The notes beneath the pieces were generated by a model that was not told where the DNA came from, did no database searches, and saw nothing but the letters and a program-made list of their open reading frames with translations. The position numbers and the translations under genes are program-made. 64,000 nucleotides of DNA from Naegleria gruberi (Eukaryota). Shown here piece after piece: positions 23,184 to 34,529 of this stretch; the first letter of the stretch is position 1, and every line of letters begins with the position of its first letter. The stretch lies in assembly GCA_000004985.1 (NCBI GenBank), contig GG738846.1; one strand, written 5' to 3'.

Positions 23184-23531
23184 TTAATCCTCTTCTTGTT
23201 CTACAGAGGTGTCCATATTAGAGTATTGGGCAGTGAAAAGATCTGGATTCTCTCTAAACGCCTTTGCCCTACTGTCCATGATGCTAATTTGTTTAGAGTA
23301 CATTTGATTGATGAGTGATTGTCTTTGGACAATTCCCAAATTCTTTATTCCCTTCTCATATAATTGTTTAATCTTTTCCTTGTCAGTGATTGTTTTGTTC
23401 TTTTTAAAATCTTCTCTTGTACACCTTAGAGTATATTCTCTAAAGTTATAATCGGAGAACTGTTTACCACCTTTTAATAGTCCTTTGTAGAGGGAGAGAA
23501 TTTGTGATTTTGGTATTATTGATGAAGACAT
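23184..23531 (-). CDS. LYRM4: LYR-motif protein ISD11/LYRM4, a partner of the mitochondrial Fe-S cluster cysteine desulfurase. 115 aa.
   Basis: ORF 23184-23531. SLYKGLLKGGKQFSDYNFREYTLRCTREDFKKNK..LGIVQRQSLINQMYS parallels ISD11 ([48 protein letters not shown]). Confidence 0.8.
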   Translation of the reverse strand: MSSSIIPKSQILSLYKGLLKGGKQFSDYNFREYTLRCTREDFKKNKTITDKEKIKQLYEKGIKNLGIVQRQSLINQMYSKQISIMDSRAKAFRENPDLFTAQYSNMDTSVEQEED

Positions 23532-23735
23532 TTTTTAAACAGAATTCGGTACTCCATACCACGGATTTAATGGAGAAGTGTAAAAAGAATCGTTAATAAT
23601 ACGAGTGCATAATTAATAAGCATAATATTTGCTTTCACCCACATGGTACATGTAATAATAAATAAATTAAAATCACAAATTCATTTTTAATTGTTGTTAA
23701 TAACCGAATATTTATTTAAATAAATTTATTAAAAA

Positions 23736-26700
23736 ATGTCTTCTATTGATGTTGTGGGATGTCAACTTGGAGTAGTTACCAATACTCTTATCCGTATTGC
23801 AATATTTCCCATCGGTAAAATTAATGCCTCAACATTTAAAAAGTTTGTATCAATGATACAAGCTTGTGATTCAAAGCCGATCAAAAGTTTGACCAGATTC
23901 AGAGATGATAATTTAAAAAGTCCTTTTCAAAAGCAGGATTGGTCTCGATCTGTTTTAAAATTTCAATTTGTTGACGAAACAAGTATTAATACAGGATATT
24001 CGGATTTCCATCAATATAGAAACGTTCACGGAGTGATTGGTATTATGAGTTGCTTGAGTGAGGAATCTGTTGCTAGTGGATTTACAAAATACAAAAAGCA
24101 AAAATTACAACTATACGGAAAGAATATTGTGGGAAGATGCTTTGCAGTAGAGCAAGATCCTGAAACAATGGCTCCTGAGGATGAAGAATTGGTGGTAATT
24201 CCTAATCAAGATGAAAATCATGTTGGATGTCATATTGATTATTTATTTTCTGATTTGGCAAGACAAATACTGATCAGATTTGAAAAAATTGTTTCAAATC
24301 CTTCTGCCTATTTCAATGAATTATCAAATACGTATTTAATGACCTCTCCATCTGGTCTTTTCCCAACAAGTAATAATAGTAGTAATAATACCAAAAAGCC
24401 AGCAACCCCAGCCAAAACAAAAGTTGATACACAAACCATTCCCACTTCACAATCGTCAACCAATCTTTCCCTTGGAGATGAGAAAAATTTACAAAACATG
24501 AAATTATTTGCAGATTCCTCTCTTTTAATTTGCGATTATGAGGATGCCATGACTACCTATCAAGAAATTAGTAACATTTGTAAGATGCAATTGAACAATA
24601 CTACAAGTGCAGCTATCAACTACCCTTTATATCAGGCTGGTGCAGCCGAAGGTATGGCTTCCATCATTTTTGTAAAGTCAAGACTTGCACAAAAGTCTGA
24701 GGTTGATAGCTCCATAGTTCAACAAATCTATGATTTGATTCAAGAATCTATTCAATTTTATGAAAAATCTAAAAAGAAAGATCTTTTAGTGGAAACCTAC
24801 ATTAAAATGGCTGTATTCATCTCAGGGTATTGCGAAAAAAAGAAGAGAAAGGAAGCACTAGACTGTCTAACAAAGGCTGTTCAATCTGCTGATTCTTTAA
24901 CAACTCAAGAGAAGGTATGTTTAAATTTTTAGAATCCAATAATTCATATTAATGAAATAATAACAGATTGTTGTTTCTGGGTTTGCAGCCAAAATTTGCA
25001 AGCAAATGAAATGTAAAAGAAAGTTTGGATTTTTCTTGAGACAAGTAGCAGTTCTTCATCATGAATTGTGCAACCAAGGTGTTTCAATTAGATTGGGATC
25101 CCAATTTATGGATGCTTATAACATTCCAATTGAGCTAACATCACGTACAGGTTAGTATTACAATATTCCAATTAATTGTGCTATATTGTACTTTGTTATT
25201 GTCTTTATTAATATAGAATGGAAAACAAAAAAGAATTTTTCACTCAAAGGATGGCATTTTATTCAAATGGATGTTATCAAAAGCATGATTGATTTTGCAC
25301 AATCAATGAGTCCAGCTGATTATTGCACAGAAATTCAATTTAGATTTTATCTCTTATCAGAGTATGGACAAATTATGTCTAAAACAACTCAAGAGGAACA
25401 TTTGAAGCGTATATTATCTGTTTCTCACCAAATACCTAAAGGCATAAATATTCTGTTAAAGCCTCTTCCAATCATCAAAATGGTTGCTCCTCAAAAATTA
25501 CCTTCACACTTGGAACCAAAGTCACTGGAAATCAAAGATAACAGACCTCAATTGTTTATTTATTCTCCATTTGACAAGAAGGATGAAAGATTGGTAACTT
25601 TAAATTGGGCAAAAAATGAAACTGCACAAACACTAGTTGAATTTTACAATCCATACAAGATTGATTTACGCTTAAAGAATGTATCGGTAAAGTACAAACC
25701 TGAGATTTCTCCAATTAATGAAAGTGGAGAACCTATTTGTGACGTATTTGTTCACTCAGCTGTGGTTGCGAGTGGGCAATCTCAAAAGGTTTTTGTAGCA
25801 ACTAAACCTAGAGCAGTTGGAAGTATTATTCTTGATTCAATTGGAATAGAATTTGAAGAAGGTAGATTTAAATCACCAGTCTATCTTCCAATAACAACCC
25901 AACACCTCGTAAATGAAAAAAAAGAAAGGAGAGACTATGATATCACCGTTGTAGAGACTGTTCCACTTCTTAATGTAACTCTTTCAACACCTCAACTATC
26001 TCTTGTTGATGGAGAAACAACTACACTCTTTGCAAAGCTTCATAACACTGGTAATTGTGAGATTACCTTCCTTGAAATTACATTTAACAATCAAACAGCA
26101 AACACTGTTTCAATTAAGGACGAAATTATCAAAAAGTATCTTCCGCTTGTTCCAGATGCTGATGTTGTAACAATTCCAATTGAAGTAGTTGGAGTATGGA
26201 AAGGATCAAGTGATCTAGGTATTATTAATATTCATATCAAATATGGTATTGAAAAACAAGATCCTAATGAAAAATCTTATTATAGAGAGATGGACCTTTC
26301 CATTAAAACAACAGTAATGAGGGCTGTTGCTGTTGAAGATTGTATAACAGTTAACGAATCATTCAATAAGAAGATTGTGGCTAAAATTCACAACTATTCC
26401 AATTCTTCCTTTATGTTATTGTCTAGCCTCTCCCAACATTTAAAGGATGAGCAATTTGATACAGGAATACCTTTTGGTGCTCAGTCTACCAAAATGATTC
26501 TTGTTGATCCTTCCATTCTTCATGATATCAATTTTGAAGATTTGAATATTCCATACACATCAGATATCAATAGATATAAGGGAACAATAGCAAATGCAAT
26601 GAGATGGAAATCTGTAAGTAATTATTCTAATATATCATAATAGTTAATCATTCATAGTATGTCAACACGATTGGTATTGTTGGTTGTAAGAAAGAGAGTG

Positions 26701-27206
26701 AAGAAGTAAAACAAAATAGCCAATCAAAAGAAAGAGTACATTCCAGAAAACAAACCATCATTTCTGCACCTCCCATTATGAATGAATTCTTGAATATTAA
26801 ACAAGAAATGATTGCCAATGTAAATAATCAAATTATAGGCCACAAAGAACTGGCTATTCAACAAGTTCCTGTACAATTAGGCATTAGCGAACAAGTAGAG
26901 TTCACAATTAATGTAACACTTAGCTCAGTTAATAATCAACAAATTTTAAATAAGATTGCAAGTTTAATTTTAAGAGTTTATCAAGATGGAGAAAATGGTA
27001 CAAGAATACCTGCAACAAACCGACAATTTTGTTATTCTGGTAGATTGAATACTTGTTTGGAATTGACGTCATCGAGTCCTTCCCAAATAACTCTAAAACT
27101 TTTCTTTTTAGAAAAGGGGACATTTAAATTATCAGTTCTTTGTAATGATGAACAAACTCAAGATATGCTTACCTCTCCAATAGAGGCAGTTCTTGTAATT
27201 AAATAA
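23736..27206 (+). CDS. TRAPPC9: TRAPP II-specific subunit TRAPPC9/Trs120 homologue, about 1,100 aa, four exons.
   Basis: Exons 23736-24914, 24967-25150, 25217-26613 and 26658-27206 are joined by introns of 52, 66 and 44 nt (GTATGT/GTTAGT/GTAAGT..AG). Phases are consistent and total length is divisible by 3. The N-terminus (RNVHGVIGIMSC, NYPLYQAGAAEGMASI) and internal blocks (KRKFGFFLRQVAVLHHEL, PQLFIYSP, IDLRLKNV) parallel TRAPPC9. Confidence 0.75.
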
Positions 27207-27295
27207 ATTGTGGAGTATTGAATTATTATTTAACTCGATAGATAATATCACCCAACCGTATTGTATTTAATTGCTTGGTTACCACTTCAAAAAAA

Positions 27296-27865
27296 ATGAG
27301 TTCAAATCAACCTGTTGACGAAAGAAGAGAAAAGATTAAATCCCTCATCAGAACTGTTCCAGACTACCCTCAAAAGGGTATCATGTTCAGAGATATCAGT
27401 ACATTGTTGGCTGACTCTGAAGGATTGGCTCTTGTTGCTGATTTATTTTATGAACAATACAAGGATAAAAAGATTGATGCCGTTATCGGTATTGAAGCCA
27501 GAGGTTTCATTTTAGGATCCTTGTTGGCCTATAAAATTGGAGCTGGTTTTGTTATGATTAGAAAGGAAGGAAAGATGCCAGTCGGTTCTGGTGTTACAGT
27601 ACTGAAGGAATCATATCAAATGGAATATAGAAGTGCTACCACTATTGAAATGCACTCCGATTCTCTCAAAGCAGGACAACGTGTTGTTATTATTGATGAC
27701 TTGTTGGCAACTGGTGGTACTTTGTTGGCTAGTATTAAACTTGTTGAAAGACTTGGAGCCGAAGTTGTTGAATTGGCTTGTATTGTTGAATTGCCAGCTC
27801 TTGGTGGTAGATCCAAACTCGCTGCTTATCCACTCTATCATATGGTTGAATTTGAAGGAGATTAA
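27296..27865 (+). CDS. APRT: Adenine phosphoribosyltransferase, 189 aa.
   Basis: The ORF track starts at a TTG at 27275. The first ATG at 27296 gives MSSNQPVDERREKIKSLIRTVPDYPQKGIMFRDIS..VVIIDDLLATGGTL, with the PRPP-binding motif and overall APRT colinearity. Confidence 0.9.
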   Translation: MSSNQPVDERREKIKSLIRTVPDYPQKGIMFRDISTLLADSEGLALVADLFYEQYKDKKIDAVIGIEARGFILGSLLAYKIGAGFVMIRKEGKMPVGSGVTVLKESYQMEYRSATTIEMHSDSLKAGQRVVIIDDLLATGGTLLASIKLVERLGAEVVELACIVELPALGGRSKLAAYPLYHMVEFEGD

Positions 27866-27957
27866 ATGCTTGTATTATTAATAATTGCAATTAAATAATT
27901 TTCAAATCTATCCAACAAAAAGGAGTGAAAAATCTAACATCTAATTACTTTAAAAAA

Positions 27958-30571
27958 ATGGAAGATTCACTCCAAACCAATGAGTCCCCAAGTTCCGTCA
28001 CTGCAAAACAAAGGAACATTCCATTGATCATTCCAAAAGGTTTAAATGTTGATGACAAAACTCTCTTTCGTAAGAAGAGTGTTACTTTTAATTCACCGTC
28101 ATCAACAGGGCAATCATCTCCTCCTCCTTCAATAGTAATTACAAAAACAACAACTGATAACAGTGTACCAGTGATAGATATTCAAGAGGAAGAGCCAACA
28201 AGTAAATATTATCAGATGGAGGAAGATGAAACTCCTAGAAGCATTTTGACTTCATCGGAAATCAAATCAAGAAGAAACAGTATCAAGTCATCCCGTAGAA
28301 AGTCAATAAAACAACAACCACCCAAACTTAAGCACGCAATGATGACATGGTTCAGAACCCAAAAAGAATCATTGAAACAAAAAGCAAAATCTGCCACTCC
28401 AGAAGCAATGTTAACAACAGGTCCTATTGTTAAATTGTTTAAATATGGAAAGTAAGTTCTCATTTGTAATAATATTTGTTTAATATTAAATGATTATATC
28501 TTGATCAATACTAGAATTCCATGGAAGTTACTCATACAGTGTCTTCTTTTAATTTTAATAACTACTAAGGTTGTTTTATTATCAGAAAAAAGAAATAACT
28601 ATTTCATTAATAATGACATTACCTTTGCAACATCCTTTTTGAAGGATGGATTTGAGAATTATGAGGCAAATGTTGATGGCTTTTTTAGTAGCTACTTTTA
28701 TTCTACTGATGATGTAATTGCAGATATCAGCAATACTGTTTCTTCTGTAAGTATTCATAAATTATAAGATGACAATCAATACTATTCATAATGTAGTATT
28801 ATTTATTTCCTAGAAAGAATGTTGATGTTTGGGTATTTCCAAGAGACCTTTCAAGAGGAGATCTTATCAGTCCTGTTGAGGCAAAGCTCTCCCTCTTTAC
28901 GGAAAGCCCAAGGGACTTTATTTTAAATGGTTCTGATACGACGTTTAGTCGTGAACCTCTAATAGAGGGTATGTAAAAAAATTCCCATTTCAACTAACGT
29001 GAGAAGAATCTGATTTATTGACTCTTGATAAGCCTTTAGGATCAGTATTGGAAGGGTATTTTGCTAATAATTCAAGATCATTATTTGATAGACTTGACAA
29101 ACTTACTCTAAAATTTAGTATTATTGGTTTGGATAGAAGTAATTATGTTGTGAATGGGTTTGCAGAATGTGTATTTTGGACTATTACCAAGACATACAGA
29201 AACAATGAAGGTGGTAAACTTACTTCTTTTATTCTAAGAGATTATGACATTTGCAATAGAACAGACAGAAAAGCAGTCATGGAATTTTACAAACCATCCA
29301 TATGGGTTTCCTTAGTAATATCTTTTGCAAGTGCTCTTGCTCTTGCTCTAGACGTTAAGTCTGTGATTTTTAGACTCAGAATGTTCAAAAAGATAAGAGA
29401 TCTTGAAACACTAAAGCATGTTGGTCAGGTGTAAGTTTTTAAAAACAAATTTTATATACTATTTGATAATAGTATACCAATCAACTCTGATGACAATTTT
29501 ATCAAGCAAAAAATCAAGAGAATCATTTATCATAGATATAAGAATATTTGCTTAGCCGATTTACCTGGTGTTCTATCGTACTGGTTCATTTTCTCCTTTT
29601 CACAACACATGACAAACATGTTCTCATTCATTTTTGAATTGCTTACTCCAGGTAATATACAAATTAATAGCTTTTTCATTGGTATGAGTTGTATGCTTAC
29701 ATATTCAAGTACTATGAGATTTTTCCAATTTCACAATGAATTTTACATGTTCAGTAAAGCATTTGAGAGAGGTTTACCCCAAGTGATTAGATTTATTATT
29801 ACAACATTACCTCTATATATTGGATTTGGTGTTTTGGGAACCGTGATGGTATGTATTCTTAATTTCATAAGTTTATTAATTCATCTCTAGTTTGGTGAAT
29901 ATTCTAGATATTTCTTAGATTTGAATGAATCACTGGTAACTCTATTTTCCCTAATTTTCCAAGACAACATGCACGATACTTTTGACAGTGTTTTTGGTAA
30001 CAAGACATTTACGGCATACTTTTCCAGACTTTACATTTATGTTTATACAGCTATTTTTATTTGTGTAATAGCCAACGTTTTTACCAGTATCATGGAAGAT
30101 GCCTTCTTCTCGTTGAAAGAAAATCAAGAAAATCTTAATAATCAGGTTCAAGAGGAAGAAAAGAAAAATACCACCACTTCCACTTCAGTTCCTAACAATA
30201 ATGAGGATGATAGCGATTACGATACAGAATCTAATGTGTCCGTTATGGATGTATCTCTAGCAGACATAACTGATGAAGAAGAAATTTATTGGAATCAAGC
30301 TATTGAAAGAGAGCAAAAGAAGGAAAATAATCTCGTTGAAACAAAGAACAAATACTTCCCAAATGAACCAAAAAGTTTGAGTTATATTCTAGACGAGGAA
30401 AGTATTGAGGATAACATTGATCGTATTCTTTTTATTGTAAAGGAAGCTTGTAATGGTAAGGTACTAACGGAAGAACAACAATCTCTGTTGGAAGAAATTG
30501 AAAGAAATGCCCAATCTGTCTATTCAAATAGAACATTTGTAGAACTTGATGAAGTTAATAAAGAAGAATAA
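27958..30571 (+). CDS. TRPML (mucolipin)-type cation channel, about 776 aa, six exons, with an acidic C-terminal tail.
   Basis: Exons are approximately 27958-28451, 28515-28746, 28818-28968, 29034-29430, 29473-29848 and 29891-30571. Introns are 63, 71, 65, 42 and 42 nt, and total CDS length is divisible by 3. The spliced protein matches mucolipin (TM1 IPWKLLIQCLLLILITTKVV; TM3/4 SFFIGMSCMLTYSSTMRFFQF; pore region FGEYSRYFLDLNESLVTLFSLIFQDNMHDTF; TM6 YIYVYTAIFICVIANVFTSIMEDAF). The exon 2/3 junction is the least certain. Confidence 0.8.
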
Positions 30572-30601
30572 GGAAAAGAATAAAAAATTACACAATTAAA
30601 A

Positions 30602-33390
30602 ATGAAGCAACTTGTTAAATGTAGGAAGCCGTTCTTTTCCTACCCTAACAAACACAATATCAAAGCAGCAACTCTTCAGCCATCCTGTAGAGTATTCGGA
30701 AGGAGAACAAAAACAATTAACATAATAGATAATCTCCCTTCTGAAAAAAATAAATGGATAAATACTAGACATTTACTTGTAAAGGACCATCTCATCGGAA
30801 AACCAACTCTACTGATCAATATTAATTATTTCCCCTCTGTATTGAATTATTTGATGAGTTTGGAGTAAGTGGACTTTGAAATTCGAATTCTAATACTGGA
30901 TAGTTTTACATTGGAAAACAGAGCAAATATTATTGGATTTGGAGGCGATTTGCAGAGTATTGATACTCTTCGTGATTATGTTCTCTACCACGAATTTCCA
31001 TACCCTGTATTCAAGACAGATTCTTGTGATTTCATACTGCAATTATTAGACCAAGAGGGAAATTTATTCTCAACATATTACGATGAAATGGAAATATTTG
31101 AGAGGCTGGTTAGAGGTAATTATTGAAATGAATTTAAATTATTAATATGATTAATAGATACTGATGATATTATTGAGAAGTCAATTCACATTCAGATGAA
31201 GGAGTTTGAATGGCAGAGATTGGACAAACCAATTGAACGGTTACTTCAACCTCAAACTCTCTTTCAGTATCCAACTTTTTTGGAGAAAGCAGACAAACAT
31301 TTATTTATTTCGGATACGTTTCATAATAGAATAGTAAAGATGAAACCTGATGGACATGTGGAATATGTTGTAAGTTAAAAAATTCCATTTATTTACAATT
31401 TAAAACAGTTTGGTGATGGCTTTGCTGGACTTAAGGATGGAATATTTTCTGATTGTAAATTTTATAGACCTCAAGGTCTATTTCATGACATTCAACAAAA
31501 TCAAATAATTGTGGCTGATACTAATAATAATACAATTAGAAGAATCAATCTCAATGAAAATTTTGTTTCAACCCTTATTCAAAACAACTTGGGACAAGGT
31601 ACTGATTTGGAAAGTTATCTTCTTAGAGATGACACTACACGAATTATGCTCACAGAAGAATATATTGAAAAACAATTTATTTTCGAAAGAGAAAAAGAAT
31701 GGTTAAAGAATACTCCTAAACCACTAACTGTTGATTTTACTGCATGCTCCAAAGCCATAAGCAAACCTGTAGACCTTTTTATCAATTATGATGAAAATTG
31801 CTTATATGTTGCAGAAACGGGATATAGACATATATGGAAAATAAGGTTGGAAAATGGACTTGTTGAGGATGTATTACCAATAATGATACACAAATATTTG
31901 AGAAATGATTTCAGCAAATACATCTCTCAGGTATTTCCCTCACTAGAACTTAACAGTAGAGCTAACCAATCTCGGAAGAATTTATTTGCGGAATTTAGCT
32001 TTTTAAAGCATAGATCTTCAATTCAACAAAACAAAACCCCCTCCTTCCATTATATCATTGAGAGCCCAACCGCTCTTTATCGACCACATTCAGATAATGA
32101 ATACAAATTCAGACAAATTAAGGTGACACCCTCTTCAACTCTCACATCCACAACAATCGGTAATGATGGTATAATAGAATCTGTAGCTTGTAAAACTATT
32201 TTTACTTCTACAGGAATTGGATTCAAAAATGGTTCAATCGTCGGAAAAGAAAAACCAGAGTTTAATCACCCTATTTCAATCGTAAAGATTGAAAATGATC
32301 TGTTCATTTCTGATTCTTGTAAGTAAATTGTTAAAGTATGAATATATTTTAACTCTATACAGTCAACCATGGAATGAGGAAATTAAGTACGATTAGTGGA
32401 CAAGTTGAAACTGTACAACCAAGCAATCTAAGGGAGTTTGGTGTAGTAGCATCTGAAAACCATCCAAACATACTTGAAGATGGAAATTTAGATGAAAATA
32501 ATAGATGTGGAAGGTTAATTAGAGCTGAAAAGATGAACTTTGTGAGTGGTAGCTGTCTTATCAAACTTTGCTTGAAAGCACCTAAAAATTTCAAATTTAT
32601 TGAAAAAATCTCATCCCAAAACATAGACATCAAGTTTAAAAATAATGGTAGTTTTACAAGTCAACACACCGCATATGTTCACAATAGGGAATTATTTAAT
32701 CCTGAATCGTTCTCTATTTCTGATGATTCTGATTGGAAAAGTATAAAGAGAAAAAACAGAGGGTATAACTCTCTGCCAGAATTAGTAGAAGCCTCTAAAG
32801 ATGATGAAATGCTACTTAATATTCCATTCGAATTAGCAGAGAAAGTCTCTAAGAATGAAAATTTAGAACTGGACATTACATTTACAACATTTATTGGAAG
32901 CTCTCTTGCAAGTTCAATTCATACAAAACCTTTTACACTTCAAGAAGATCTAAACACTGTCTCATATATTCCATTTAATTTACAAACATGTAAATTGGAT
33001 CAGTTACTTAATTTTAGAGAAATTCCAGAATTGGAAGTATCTGATAGAAAAGAAATAAGACACAAAGTATCACAACTTTTAGAATGGGACCTACAAGAAA
33101 GTATCACACCTCCTTTCTTGAGAGAGAATGTTTTAGCAAATATACACAATATACCTGAAAATGAAGAAATGAGGCACGAGGTAATAGAATGCAATGACTC
33201 TTCACAAGTTTTTATTGATTGTGTAACTTTAAGAATTCCAATCCAACTTGTTGAAGATTCAAAAATGTCTACAGAAAAGAAGCGCAAACTTTTGGTTCAC
33301 ACTTTAACTATTCCTGTTTCTCCTTCCCCTCCTCTATTTAAGCAAAACCATCACAAGCATCAATATGTAGCTACAACAAGTAATATTTAA
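30602..33390 (+). CDS. NHLRC2: NHL-repeat protein NHLRC2-like: thioredoxin-like N-domain, 6-bladed NHL beta-propeller and a C-terminal domain. About 868 aa, five exons.
   Basis: Exons 30602-30864, 30922-31115, 31158-31369, 31409-32318 and 32363-33390 are joined by introns of 57, 42, 39 and 44 nt, with consistent phases. The match to NHLRC2 is strong (KPDGHVEYVFGDGFAGLKDGIFSDCKFYRPQGLFHDIQQNQIIVADTNNNTIRRINLNENFVST; LFISDSFNHGMRKLSTISGQVETV). The Trx-like CxxC motif is replaced (NYFPSV). Confidence 0.75.
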
Positions 33391-34481
33391 TTTTTACTAC
33401 CACTTTGGAAATTTCTACTAGCATTTCGTTTTCTTTCACTGGCCTCTGTTATCCCACTCACATCTGTGGAATAGTTGTTGATTAAATTCGATCTGTCATT
33501 TTCAATTCTCAACTCCAATCTTCTTATTTTATCTATGAGTTGATCATTGGTTGTTTGAAAATCCAAAACCTCCTTACTTATCTTGTCAAGTTTTTGCTCA
33601 ATACTCTTAAAAGCTTCTTCTCTCTGCACAAGTGTTTGTTTGAAAATTTTTTCATTTGTTTCATAAGATTGCATAAGTGTCACGGAATCTTCGTATTCAG
33701 CTACCACTTTTGTCACAAATCCAGATAGTAATTGTTTTTGGACTGGTTTTTGTGAATTTTTAGAGTATAATGGAGTCGAAGAGGTGGATTTACGGGTTTC
33801 AATTGATGGTTTGGGCAGCTGGTTAACTCGTTCATCGAATAGTGGAGCATTCTTGGAAACGGTTGGGGTATCTTGAATTGAATTATTAGAATAATTTGTT
33901 GGGTGCGTTTGTTGTTGTGGATTAAGTGGTAGGGCTGGTGCAGTTGAGGTTACAATTTGTTTTGACTGAGATGCATTGGCTTTTTGAGAATTGGACGTTT
34001 TTGATTGTTTGGAAGGAGATTGGTGGCTCTTTAATTGAGATTCAATATTGTTAATCCTATCCAACTTTTCCAATTGTTTGTTTGAAGATGCGGTAGCCAC
34101 TGTGTTCTCGTTAAGAGGATTGGAACCTGTGCTATTTGATGAATTATTGCTTGTTGTGTTGATCGAAGATTGTTTGTTTTTTCGTTTTTCATCACTGGCT
34201 GGTGGTTGTTGTGTTTGTTGAATTATAACAGGTTCATTAATACTTGTAACTGATGAAGTGAGGCTGTTGGCCTTACTATTATCGTATGATGAATTTTTGA
34301 TGATTGTTATGTATAGAGTCGGAACAAAACCTTTTTGGAAGGGTTTGCTCACCTTTTCTACCATCATCCATTCTCCATGGGCACTAATTAACTTTACAAC
34401 TTCTCCCTTAGTGACTGAGAGCTCATTATGACCATCAGCCTTAAAATCATACAACACACGACAATACTCCTCTTGGTTCAT
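33387..34481 (-). CDS. SH3-domain protein, 364 aa: N-terminal SH3, Ser/Asn/Thr-rich linker and a C-terminal coiled coil.
   Basis: ORF 33387-34481 with ATG at 34479-34481. The SH3 signature is YCRVLYDFKADGHNELSVTKGEVVKLISAHGEWMMVEK..GFVPTLYI. The C-terminus (ELRIENDRSNL, IEQKLDKISKEVLD) predicts a coiled coil. Its stop codon overlaps the NHLRC2 stop on the opposite strand. Confidence 0.6.
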   Translation of the reverse strand: MNQEEYCRVLYDFKADGHNELSVTKGEVVKLISAHGEWMMVEKVSKPFQKGFVPTLYITIIKNSSYDNSKANSLTSSVTSINEPVIIQQTQQPPASDEKRKNKQSSINTTSNNSSNSTGSNPLNENTVATASSNKQLEKLDRINNIESQLKSHQSPSKQSKTSNSQKANASQSKQIVTSTAPALPLNPQQQTHPTNYSNNSIQDTPTVSKNAPLFDERVNQLPKPSIETRKSTSSTPLYSKNSQKPVQKQLLSGFVTKVVAEYEDSVTLMQSYETNEKIFKQTLVQREEAFKSIEQKLDKISKEVLDFQTTNDQLIDKIRRLELRIENDRSNLINNYSTDVSGITEASERKRNASRNFQSGSKN

Positions 34482-34529
34482 TTTTTCAAAGTGAAACTAG
34501 TACAGTATTTTTAACGGCTAGTATTTATT
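34482..34529. promoter_or_regulatory. 48-bp divergent spacer between the SH3-protein (-) and membrane-protein (+) start codons. Putative minimal bidirectional promoter.
   Basis: The two start codons face outward. Inference only. Confidence 0.3.

Noticed and set aside
28799-28993. A 64-aa minus-strand ORF.
   Set aside because: It is the reverse complement of exon 3 of the TRPML gene, whose plus-strand frame is supported by the phase-consistent six-exon model.
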